Assembly: GCA_963555995.3 (NCBI GenBank)
Contig: OY821641.1
Location: 3,200,001-3,264,000, forward strand
Reading direction: 5' to 3'
Origin: Vicinamibacteria bacterium
Lineage (GTDB): Bacteria > Acidobacteriota > Vicinamibacteria > Marinacidobacterales > Marinacidobacteraceae
DNA length: 64,000 nucleotides
A program made the position numbers and the translations under genes. Of this stretch, positions 8,991-18,600 are shown piece after piece. The notes beneath the pieces were generated by a model. That model was not told the DNA's origin and did no database searches. It worked only from the letters and a program-made list of their open reading frames with translations. The first letter of the stretch is position 1. The number at the start of each line of letters is the position of its first letter.

Positions 8991-9989
8991 CTAGCCGGTG
9001 GCGCCGTGGAGGCGGTGGAGGAAATCGGGCACGCTGTCCGCGCTCATGGCGGCGGCCGCGATCGCGCCCGGTGACACCCGCTCGAGCATCGTTCGGTCGG
9101 CGGGGGGGAGGTCCGCCGGAAAGGCGGGGGAGACGGTGAGGCCGCGGAGACGCAGGACCTCGCGCGCGGTCTCCGCCCGCCCCTCGGCGCGCTGCTCCCG
9201 CAGGAGCGGATCGTCCTCCGGGCCGGTTCCCCCCCGGAGCCCGAGAGCTCGGCCCACGCGCGATGCCAGCGCCGTCGTCTCGGGTGACGGCGTCCGCTCG
9301 TTCAGAACTCCGTGCGCCTCCTCCGCCGTGAGGCCCGGAAACGCCTGGCTCTGCCCGCTTTCCCGATACGCCCCTGCCTCCAGCAGGTAGATCGTCAACC
9401 CCGGCCGCCGGCCCCGGGGACGGCTCGGCGAATACACGTCCGGAACCTCCACCCACAACTCCGGAAAACCCCAGTCCGCGTACACCAGCAGTTTGTTCCG
9501 TCGCACGTCCGTCGTGTCGTCCACTTCCAGCACTACGTCCGGGTGCTCTTGCGGCGCTCCCCAGACGTAGCTCGATCCGATCCGGTCCTGCCGCTGCGGA
9601 TCCAGGAACACCATCTCGTCCGGGTGCATCGCCCGCACCTGCGCCCGATCCGCGTCCAACAGATCCAATCCTGCTTCGCCCCCCATCATGATCGGAGCGC
9701 CCCGTACCATCGCGACCCGCTCCACGAACTTGCGGAACATGGTCAGCGGGTGCTCATGCGGAGCCTTCGCCGGCTCCGCCACCCGCCAGGCCCGCGCCAC
9801 TTCGGCATCGAACAGTTCGACCCGCGCGTCCTCGTCGAGCGCCCGATACTCGGCGACGGTCATGCGGCACGACTCGCAGCCGATGAACTCCAGCGCCGAC
9901 GCCGGCAGCCAGCGCCGCGACCGCGTGGGCTCCGCCGCCGGGCGGGTCGCTGCCGCCGTTTCCGCCGCTACCCCCGCCCCGTTCGCCAT
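8991..9989 (-). CDS. Uma2-family (PD-(D/E)XK) putative endonuclease
   Basis: HE...HPDEMVF...PDVVLEVD...KLLVYADWGFPELW pattern characteristic of Uma2. C-terminal REQRAEGRAE tail. Confidence 0.75.
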   Translation of the reverse strand: MANGAGVAAETAAATRPAAEPTRSRRWLPASALEFIGCESCRMTVAEYRALDEDARVELFDAEVARAWRVAEPAKAPHEHPLTMFRKFVERVAMVRGAPIMMGGEAGLDLLDADRAQVRAMHPDEMVFLDPQRQDRIGSSYVWGAPQEHPDVVLEVDDTTDVRRNKLLVYADWGFPELWVEVPDVYSPSRPRGRRPGLTIYLLEAGAYRESGQSQAFPGLTAEEAHGVLNERTPSPETTALASRVGRALGLRGGTGPEDDPLLREQRAEGRAETAREVLRLRGLTVSPAFPADLPPADRTMLERVSPGAIAAAAMSADSVPDFLHRLHGATG

Positions 9990-10060
9990 CGGCGGAGTCT
10001 AGCCCTGCGCCGCGGCCTCGCGGTCGGCGGGAAATCGCTGCCCGCGGAAGCCGGCGGTGC

Positions 10061-10408
10061 TCAGCGAGACAACGGCCCGGCGCCGGAGCCAGCGGAACCG
10101 GCCGATCCGGCGTCCGAGGGCGCGGAAGCGGGAGGCTCCGCAACCGCGTCCGCCTGAATCCGCAGGATGCCCTCGATGCGGGCTACCCGGCGATCGAGGT
10201 CGTCGAATCGCTCCTCCATACGCGCCTCAAACCGATCCATGCGCGCCTCAAGGCGATCCATCCGCGCTTCCAGCCGCAGGAACGCAAACGCCCCGATCCC
10301 GAGGATCAGCGTCGTTTGCGCCGCCATCAGCGAGACCAGCAGCGCCCAGTCCCTTCGTTTCATCATCCCTCCCGGCGGCTCCGACGGCCGCGACTCTTTC
10401 AGGTTCAT
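10061..10408 (-). CDS. Small membrane-anchored coiled-coil protein
   Basis: Hydrophobic segment followed by heptad repeats RLEARMD-RLEARMD-RFEARME-ERFDDLDRRVARIEG. Confidence 0.6.
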   Translation of the reverse strand: MNLKESRPSEPPGGMMKRRDWALLVSLMAAQTTLILGIGAFAFLRLEARMDRLEARMDRFEARMEERFDDLDRRVARIEGILRIQADAVAEPPASAPSDAGSAGSAGSGAGPLSR

Positions 10409-10563
10409 GAGATTGCCAAGCTCAAGGTTTCCCCGGTCAAGATCGCGGTCGGAACCTCCCGACCCACACCCGCAGTGTAGCGCCCGACCGGGCGGCTCGT
10501 GACTCCCGGCGCCACGCGAACATCTCGCCCGGTTTCAGGCGGTTCTCAGAGGTGCTTTCGTTC

Positions 10564-10747
10564 AGCGCCGCCGGCTTGGAGCGCCGGCTTCAGCCGGCAC
10601 CCGCTGCGCGGAGCGCAGCGGACTGCACGTCGCTGTCCCGCGCGATGGCGTTCGTCTCTCGCTCCATCACGGCGAACGGTGGCGCGACATCCGCGGGCCT
10701 TCGGTCCGCTGTGCCGGCTGAAGCCGGCGCTCCAAGCCGGCGGTGCT
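10564..10747. repeat. REPIN-like element (inverted REP pair)
   Basis: GGAGCGCCGGCTTCAGCCGGCAC at 10578 and its reverse complement at 10711. The inverted match extends outward (AGCGCCGCCGGCTT / AAGCCGGCGGTGCT). Confidence 0.85.
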
Positions 10748-10835
10748 ACATGGCCGAACAGCTTGCGCGCTCTGCCGTTTTCCGGGCGGCGATGGGCCGG
10801 AGCGGCGATAATTCGGCGTTCCGGTTTCCGTCCCG

Positions 10836-11420
10836 ATGAGTTACCTCGACCTGCGATCCGATCTCTTCCGGCGTGCCTTTGGCGGCGCGGTCCCCTACCG
10901 CGACTACCTCGCGACGGGGAACGACCGGGAACGGGGCGCGTGGGCGCGGGCGGAAGCGGTGCTGCCGGGGCTGCCTGACGACGCGCGGGTCCGGCTCGAC
11001 GCCGCCGGGCGGATCGTGAACGTGCTGTGCCTGAGCGGGATCTGGTGCGGGGACTGCGTGCGATCGGTCCCGATCGTGGCGCGGGTGGCGGAGGCGGCGG
11101 GGTCGTCCGTGGACCTTCGTTTCGTGGACCGGGACGCGATCCCGGAGCTGCGGGACGAACTGCGCGTGCTGGGGGCGATGCGGGTGCCGATGGTGGTCTT
11201 CCTGACCGAGGACTTCCACGAGATCGGGCGCCATGGGGACCGGCCGCTGACGGTGTACCGGGAGAAGGCGGCGACGGAGCTGGGGGCGGCCTGTCCGCTG
11301 CCGGGGTCGGCGGACGGGGGGTTGCTGGCCGCGGAGACGGCCGAGTGGCTGGACGTGTTCGAGCGGATGATCCTGATGGCGCGGCTGGCGCCGCCGCTGC
11401 GGGCGCGGCACGGGGACTGA
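10836..11420 (+). CDS. Thioredoxin-family protein
   Basis: WCGDC redox motif, VDRD and cis-Pro region RVPMVVFL. Confidence 0.85.
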   Translation: MSYLDLRSDLFRRAFGGAVPYRDYLATGNDRERGAWARAEAVLPGLPDDARVRLDAAGRIVNVLCLSGIWCGDCVRSVPIVARVAEAAGSSVDLRFVDRDAIPELRDELRVLGAMRVPMVVFLTEDFHEIGRHGDRPLTVYREKAATELGAACPLPGSADGGLLAAETAEWLDVFERMILMARLAPPLRARHGD

Positions 11421-11483
11421 CGGGGTAGCGTTCCCGTCGTGCGGCGATTTGACGGCGTGAGGTTCGCTGCGCTGCGCGCAGCG

Positions 11484-11709
11484 GTGCCGACCGGAGGTCG
11501 GCGTTTCAGGCCGGTGCGTCCTCCTTCACACGCTGCGTTACGCCGTGCGCGGTGCGGAGCACCGCGCGTGCCGGTCTGGAGACCGGCGTTCCAAGCCGGT
11601 GCGACATCACGGAGCGGGGGGTGTGTGCCGCCGCCCGCCTTTGGCGGGCTGTGCCGGTCTGAAGACCGGCGCTCCCGGCTACCCGGCCGGTCTGAAGACC
11701 GGCGGTCCC
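11484..11709. repeat. Cluster of four co-oriented REP-like palindromes
   Basis: Copies at 11484 (GCCGACC-GGA-GGTCGGC), 11568, 11651 and 11686 (GCCGGTC-TGRA-GACCGGC). Confidence 0.8.
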
Positions 11710-11716
11710 TGAACTG

Positions 11717-13516
11717 ATGGTGGATATGTGGCGGCGGGTGCTGCCTTACCTCCGGCGCTACAAGGGGCGGCTTGCGTTCGGGTTTGCGGCGTTGGTGTTG
11801 TGCCGGATGTTCTACCTGGTGGTGCCGCAGGTGCTGGAGCGGGCGGTGGATGCGCTGGAGGGGGGGGCGACGGATGCGATGTGGACCTATGGGGGGTTCA
11901 TCGTGGCGGCGGCCGGGGGGTCGGCGGTCTTCCGCTACTTCATGCGGTGGTACCTGATCGGGGTCTCGCGGTACGCGGAGTACGACCTGCGGCGGGACTT
12001 CTATCGGCACCTGCAGCGGCTGCCGGCGGCGTTCTACGCGCGCTTCCGGGTGGGGGACATCCTGTCGCGCGGCGCGCAGGACATGAACGCGGTGCGGATG
12101 GTGCTCGGTCCGGGGCTCATGTACCCGGTGGAGACGGTGTTCACCACGGTCGGCTGTTTCGGGTTCATGCTGGCGATCAGCCCGCGGCTGACCCTGGTGG
12201 CGCTGGCGGTGATGCCGGTGGTCTCCATCCTGATGAAGATCCTCGGCGAGAAGATCTTCCGGCGCTCCGAGGTGGTGCAGGCCAAGATGGCCGACATCTC
12301 CGCGGTGGTCCAGGAGAACGCCGCCGCCGCGCGGCTCGTCCGCGCCTACGTCCAGGAGGACGCGCAGCGCCGGGTGTTCGGGAAGGAGAACGAGGCCTAC
12401 GCGGCGCGCAGCATGGAACTGGTCGCGGTGAGCGCGGCGCTCTTCCCGCTGCTGCTGGCGCTGATCGGGATGGGGCTCGCGGGGTCGCTGGTGCTCGGCG
12501 GGCGGATGGTGATCGGCGGGGCGATCTCGCTCGGGGAACTGGTGGCCTTCCTCTTCTACTACGGCTACCTGACCTGGCCGATGATCGCCATCGGGTGGGT
12601 GGTGAACATCCACCAGCGCGGGGCCGCCTCCATGAAGCGGCTGGCGGTGATCTTCGACGCCGAGCCGCTCCCCGCCCCGCCGGCCCTCCCGGAGCCGGCC
12701 GCCGCGGACCGTCCCGCCGCCGGCATCGAGTTCCGGGACGTCCGCTTCGCCTACCCCTCCGCCGCCCAGAACGGCGCCGCCGGCTCCAACGGGGCGGAAC
12801 CGCGGCCGGTGCTTTCGGACTTCAACCTCCGCATCGAGCCGGGCCAGACGGTGGCGTTCGTCGGCCGGACCGGCAGCGGGAAGAGCACGGTGGCCCGCCT
12901 CATCCCGCGCATCTACGACGCCCAGGAGGGCTCCATCCGGATTGACGGGCGCGACGTCCGGGAGATCCCGCTGCACGAGCTGCGGAGCGACATCGGGTTC
13001 GTTCCCCAGGACAGCTTCCTGTTCTCCATGACACTTCGTGACAACCTCGCCTTCGGCGACGACGACGCGCCCCCGGAGGAGGTCCACCGGGTGGCGGCGG
13101 AAGCGGGGCTCGCCGGCGACATCGAGGAGTTCCCGGGCGGCTACGACACCATGGTCGGGGAACGCGGGATCACCCTCTCCGGCGGCCAGCGGCAGCGCGC
13201 CGCGATCGCCCGCGCCCTGCTCATGGACAGCCGGATCCTGGTGTTCGACGACGTCCTGAGCGCGGTGGACTCGGAGACCGAGTCGCGGATCCTGGGGGCG
13301 GTGCGCCGGGCGTCGCGCGACCGCACCACCGTCCTCGTCGCCCACCGGCTCAGCACGGTGAAGGACGCGGACGTCATCTACCTGCTCGACGCCGACGAGG
13401 CGGGCGCCACCCGGGTCGTCGAGAGCGGCGCGCACGACGACCTGGTCGCCGCCGGCGGGCTCTACGCCGGCATGTACCGGCGGCAGATGCTCGAAGAGGA
13501 GCTCTCGCGGCTGTGA
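11717..13516 (+). CDS. ABC exporter permease/ATP-binding subunit (MdlA/YheI-like)
   Basis: N-terminal TM domain, GRTGSGKS, LSGGQRQR and degenerate Walker B VFDD. Confidence 0.9.
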   Translation: MVDMWRRVLPYLRRYKGRLAFGFAALVLCRMFYLVVPQVLERAVDALEGGATDAMWTYGGFIVAAAGGSAVFRYFMRWYLIGVSRYAEYDLRRDFYRHLQRLPAAFYARFRVGDILSRGAQDMNAVRMVLGPGLMYPVETVFTTVGCFGFMLAISPRLTLVALAVMPVVSILMKILGEKIFRRSEVVQAKMADISAVVQENAAAARLVRAYVQEDAQRRVFGKENEAYAARSMELVAVSAALFPLLLALIGMGLAGSLVLGGRMVIGGAISLGELVAFLFYYGYLTWPMIAIGWVVNIHQRGAASMKRLAVIFDAEPLPAPPALPEPAAADRPAAGIEFRDVRFAYPSAAQNGAAGSNGAEPRPVLSDFNLRIEPGQTVAFVGRTGSGKSTVARLIPRIYDAQEGSIRIDGRDVREIPLHELRSDIGFVPQDSFLFSMTLRDNLAFGDDDAPPEEVHRVAAEAGLAGDIEEFPGGYDTMVGERGITLSGGQRQRAAIARALLMDSRILVFDDVLSAVDSETESRILGAVRRASRDRTTVLVAHRLSTVKDADVIYLLDADEAGATRVVESGAHDDLVAAGGLYAGMYRRQMLEEELSRL

Positions 13517-15291
13517 GCGAGCGGCCCTCGAACGGCAGGGACGCGGGCCGGGGGCTGCTCCGGCGGATGCTGCCCTACCTGCTCCCCTATTGGCCGTTCG
13601 TCTCGCTCGCGGTGCTGCTCGTCCTGATCGGGACCGCGGCGCAGCTCGCCGGGCCGTACCTCACCCGGATCGCGCTCGACGAGTACATCGCCGCCGGGGA
13701 CCTGGAGGGGCTGGTCGGGCTCCTCGGCATCTACGCCGTGATCCTCGCGGTCGGGTTCGGCGGCGCCTACGGACAGGCGTGGATCGTGAACCTGTTCGGC
13801 CAGCGCGTGATGCGCGACATCCGCCGCGACGTCTTCGACCACATCCAGAAGCTCCACACCGGCTGGTTCGACCGCCACCCGATCGGCAAGGTCGTGACCC
13901 GGGCCACCAGCGACGTGGACGCGCTGAACGAGCTGCTGAGTTCGGGCGTGGTCATGATCATCACCGACGTGGTCCTGCTGGTCGGGATCATGGCGGTGCT
14001 CCTCTGGATGAACCCGGCGCTGGCGCTCGTGACCTTCGGGGCGGTCCCGGCGCTCTTCCTCGCGGGCTGGATCTTCCGGCGCCGGATCCGCCCCGCCTTC
14101 CGCCGGGTGCGGGCGGCGGTCGCCTCGGTGAACGCCTTCATCCAGGAGACGCTGACCGGCATGGAGGTGCTCCAGCTCTTCCGGCAGGAGCGGCGCCGGG
14201 CCTGGGAGTACCGGAAGCTGAACCGGGAGCACACCGACGCGCACCTCGACACGGTGATGTGCTTCTCGGTGTTCTACCCGGTGGTGGAGATGATCACCGC
14301 CATCACGGTGGCGCTGATCGTGGGATACGGCGGCTCGCGCATCGGCGACGGGACGCTCACCGTCGGGGCGCTGGTCGCGTTCCTGATGTATTCGGAGATG
14401 TTCTTCCGGCCGATCCGCGACCTGACCGAGAAGTTCAACATCCTGCAGGGGGCGATGGCGGCGTCGGAGCGCATCGTCGAGCTGTTGGACACGGAGCCGG
14501 CCGTCGGGGACGCGCCCGCCGCGCGGCTGCCCGGGCACCGCCACGGGGCGCTGCGGCTCGACGGCGTCTCGTTCGCCTACAACGAGGACGAGTGGGTGCT
14601 GCGGGACATTGACCTCCAGATCGCGCCGGGCGAGACGGTGGCGCTCGTCGGCCACACCGGGTCGGGCAAGACGACCCTCGCCGCGCTGCTGCTCCGGCTC
14701 TACGACGTGCAGCGGGGACGGGTGCTGGTGGACGGCCTCGACGTGCGCGACTGGCGGGTGCCGCAGCTTCGCCGCCAGTTCTCCATGGTCCAGCAGGACG
14801 TGCACCTGTTCTCGGGCACCGTGCTGGACAACATCCGGCTGGGCGACGAGAACATCAGCGAGGAGGCCGCCCGCCGCGCCGCGGAGGCCGCCGAGGTGAC
14901 CGCCTGGGCGAGGAACCTGCCGGATGGACTGGACACCCAGCTCGGCGAACGCGGCGGCGGTCTCTCCCAGGGCCAGCGGCAGCTCGTCGGCATCGCCCGC
15001 GCCATGGCGCGCACCTCGCGGGTGCTGGTGCTCGACGAGGCGACCTCCAGCGTGGACACCGAGACCGAGCGCGCGGTGCAGACCGCGCTCGGCCGGGTGA
15101 TCGAGAACCGCACCAGCCTGGTGATCGCGCACCGGCTCTCCACCATCCGGGGCGCCGACCGGATCGTGGTGCTGCACCGGGGACGGATCCGGGAGACCGG
15201 CACCCACGAGGAGCTGCTCGCCGCCGGCGGCATCTACCGCCGGCTCTACGAACTGCAGTTCGCCGAGGAGGCAATCCTGGCCGCGGGCTGA
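13513..15291 (+). CDS. ABC exporter permease/ATP-binding subunit (MdlB/YheH-like), heterodimer partner
   Basis: GTGA overlap with the previous gene. GHTGSGKT, LSQGQRQ, LDEATS and IAHRLST. Confidence 0.9.
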   Translation: MSERPSNGRDAGRGLLRRMLPYLLPYWPFVSLAVLLVLIGTAAQLAGPYLTRIALDEYIAAGDLEGLVGLLGIYAVILAVGFGGAYGQAWIVNLFGQRVMRDIRRDVFDHIQKLHTGWFDRHPIGKVVTRATSDVDALNELLSSGVVMIITDVVLLVGIMAVLLWMNPALALVTFGAVPALFLAGWIFRRRIRPAFRRVRAAVASVNAFIQETLTGMEVLQLFRQERRRAWEYRKLNREHTDAHLDTVMCFSVFYPVVEMITAITVALIVGYGGSRIGDGTLTVGALVAFLMYSEMFFRPIRDLTEKFNILQGAMAASERIVELLDTEPAVGDAPAARLPGHRHGALRLDGVSFAYNEDEWVLRDIDLQIAPGETVALVGHTGSGKTTLAALLLRLYDVQRGRVLVDGLDVRDWRVPQLRRQFSMVQQDVHLFSGTVLDNIRLGDENISEEAARRAAEAAEVTAWARNLPDGLDTQLGERGGGLSQGQRQLVGIARAMARTSRVLVLDEATSSVDTETERAVQTALGRVIENRTSLVIAHRLSTIRGADRIVVLHRGRIRETGTHEELLAAGGIYRRLYELQFAEEAILAAG

Positions 15292-15419
15292 TTCCTTGCC
15301 GCCTCGGTGAAACGAGGGCGGCGTTCGACGAGGGATGCCTCCTGGCTGCCCCCACCGGGCAGGGGGTCCGCCGGGCGCCCTGCCCCCGGTTGTCCCGGTG
15401 GGGACCTCGGCGGCCACTG

Positions 15420-15660
15420 GGGCGCTTGTTGTTCGGGAGTGGCTTGTGAAAAGAGGTTGCAGGGATTCGCTCGAAGCATCCTCGGGCTGTGAGAGGCGGG
15501 CGAACCGCAGAGGCGCGCGGCGCCCGTCTCTCCATTGGTTGGCGCAAAGTTCATTTCCTATAGCGTTTTTTGCATCTTTTGTTCACTGATAAATTGATGC
15601 GGGGGGGTGCTGCCAATACCAACCGGTCGGCCGTTCCGATAGCGACCGACCGAGACGTAA
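15420..15660 (+). promoter_or_regulatory. AT-rich upstream region of adhesin gene (probable promoter)
   Basis: Abrupt AT-rich tract (TCATTTCCTATAGCGTTTTTTGCATCTTTTGTTCACTGATAAATTG) in a GC-rich background. No exact promoter boxes assigned. Confidence 0.35.
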
Positions 15661-15663
15661 TCC

Positions 15664-18600
15664 ATGTCGTTGTCCCCCCCCCGAAAACCAACGATTTGGA
15701 TTCGCGGGGTTGATCGCCGCACCACGGCGGTACCCGCTGGTCCAAGCACGGGCCGCCTGGACACGATCCGCGTCACGGCTCGCCCGACCGTCGTGGGAAG
15801 CTCACACCGTCCGGTCCTGAATCCTGCACCACCAGGACGGACGGTTGACTTGGCGCCTCGTTGCCGCTCTGGGCTGTTGTTGGTCGCAGTCGCAGCGTCG
15901 CTGAGTGGCTTCGCCGCGACAGACGCGGCTGCTCAGCAGTTGGTCCTGTCGCCCACGAGCCTCCAGGTGGACGAGGGCGGCACCGGGAGCTTCACCGTGA
16001 CGCTGAGCGCGCTCCCGACCGATACGGTGACCGTCGCCATCACCGGTTTCAGCGGTACGGACCTGACGTTGGACACCACGAGCCTTTCGTTCACGACCTT
16101 GAACTGGGACGACGCGCAGACGGTCACGGTGACGGCCGCCCAGGATGACGACGCGGCCCTCGACCACAACACCCTGACACTCACCGCGTCGGGCGGCGGC
16201 TTTGACACCGCGACCCAGATCGGCGTAAGGATCAACGACGATGATGACGCGACGCTGGTCCTGTCGCCCGGCTTCGACGTGGACGAGGGCGACACCGGGA
16301 GCTTCACCGTGACGCTGAGCGCGCTGCCGACCGATACGGTGACCGTCTCCATCACCGGTTTCAGCGGTACGGACCTGACGTTGGACGAAACGAGCCTTAC
16401 CTTCACGACCTCGAACTGGGACGACGCGCAGACGGTCACGGTGACGGCCGCCCAGGATGACGACGCGGCCCTCGACATCGTCATCCTGACGCTCAGTGCG
16501 TCGGGCGGCGGCTTTGACACCGCGAACCAGATCGGCGTGCGGATCCTCGACGATGATCAGGCGACGCTGGTCCTGTCATCCGCAAGCTTCCGCGTGGACG
16601 AGGGTGGCACCGGGAGCTTCACCGTGAAGCTGAGCGCGGAGCCGACCGGGACCGTGACCGTCACCATCACCGGTTTCAGCGGCACGGACCTGACGTTGGA
16701 CAACACGAGCCTTTCGTTCACGACCTCGAACTGGAACGACGCGCAGACGGTCACGGTGACGGCGGCCCACGATGACGACGCCGTCAACGATTTCATCCCC
16801 CTGACGCTCAGTGCGTCGGGCGGCGGCTTTGACACCGCGAACCAGACCGGCGTGCGGATCCTCGACGATGAGGAGGCGAGGCTGGTCCTGGCGCCTTTGA
16901 GCTTCCGCGTGGCCGAGGGCGGCGCCGGGAGCTTCACCGTGAAGCTGAGCGCGGAGCCGACCGGGACCGTGACCGTCACCATCACCGGTTTCAGCGGTAC
17001 GGACCTGACGTTGGACAAAACGAGCCTTACCTTCACGACCTCGAACTGGAACGACGCGCAGGCGGTCACGGTGACGGCGGCCCAGGATGACAACGCCGTC
17101 AACGAATTCATCGCCCTGAAGCTCACTCCGTCGGGCGGCGGCTTTACCCTCTCCAACCGGAGAGGCGTGCGGGTCCTCGACGATGAGGAGGCGACGCTGG
17201 TCCTGTCATCCACGAGCTTCGGCGTGGACGAGGGCGGCGCCGGGAGCTTCACCGTGACGCTGGGCGCGCAGCCGACCGGGACCGGGACCGTGACCGTCAC
17301 CATCACCGGTTTCAGCGGTACGGACCTGACGTTGGACAAAACGAGCCTTACCTTCACGACCGCGAACTGGAACAACGCGCAGACGGTCACGGTGACGGCG
17401 GCCCAGGATGACGACGCGGTCCTCGACAACGTCACCCTGACGCTCACTCCGTCGGGCGGCGGCTTTGACACCTCGAACGAGATCGACGTGCGGATCCTCG
17501 ACGACGACGCACTCCCACCACCACCGACCAACGGTCCGCCTCGGGTCTCGGCCTCCTGCGACCCGTGCAAAGTGCGGCCCGGCGGGAGGACGGAATTGAC
17601 GGCGAGGGCATCGGACCCGGACGGCGATCCGCTCACGTACGTTTGGCGTGCGCCGGCCGGCCGCTTCGAGGGGGCGACCGACGCGGCGACGGCGCGCTGG
17701 GCGGCGCCGGAGGCGGCCGGCCGATTCACGATCCGGGTGCGGGTCTCCGATGGGGACGGCGGCTCTGCTTCAGCCACGGTGACGATCGAGGTTGTGAACG
17801 AGCCGCCGGCGTTCGATTCATCCGAGTATGCCTTCAACCTGCGGGAGAACGTGGACGGTAGCCGGCTGCCGGTGGTTGTCGGCTCGGTGGTGTCGGAGGA
17901 CCCGGACGGCGACGAACTCGGCTACGAACTGGCGTCCGGGGATGCGTCGCGCTTCGCGGTCGGGGAGCGGGACGGCGTGCTGCGCTACGGAGGTCCCGGC
18001 GAGGACTTCGAGTCGGAGCCAACCCGGTACGAATTGGTCTTGCGCGTCAGCGACCCGTACGGCGCGGCGGCGACTGCCCGCGTGGTGGTGACGGTCGTCG
18101 ACGTGAACGAGCCGCCGGAGGCGGTCGGGGTGATCCCGAACCAGGCGCTCGACGAGGGGGGCGATATGAAGACGGTGGAGTTGGCGCCGTTCTTCGCCGA
18201 CCAGGACGGGGACGCGCTGGCATACCGCGCATCGTCGTCGGACCCGTCGGTCGTGGCGGCAACTGCGGCGGGCGCGGTGCTGACGCTGGCGCCGCTCCAG
18301 TACGGGGATGCGACGGTGACAGTAACGGCGGAGGACGGGGAGGGCCTGGCAACGGCGCAGACGTTCGTGGTGGGGGTGAGCGACCGCCTGGTGCGCGATG
18401 TGGTGCGGAACACGCTGGCGGCGATGACCCGATCGCAGTTGGCGAGCGCACGGGGGGCGCTGGGCCGGCGGGTGAGGGCGGGACGGACGGAGGCGTCGCG
18501 GCTGTCGGTCCAGGGGCGTCGAGTGCCGCTGGACCAGGGGGCGGTGCGCGCGGAGGCGGCCCGGGTGCTGTCGGGTTTGCTGTCGTCATGGACGACCCCG

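Noticed and set aside
8608-9456. N-terminal extension of the 656-aa ATPase ORF
   Set aside because: Runs through REP elements and overlaps the Uma2 gene; family-like sequence begins at MITRLYADNYRCF (8607).
10499-10978. Recurring peptides such as WNAGFSRH / LKPAFQ in many short ORFs as a protein family
   Set aside because: They are translations of the REP palindrome in intergenic DNA.
15940-17510. Tandem repeats as a diversity-generating retroelement or CRISPR
   Set aside because: In-frame coding domain repeats; no reverse transcriptase in the window and no adenine-specific TR/VR pattern noticed.
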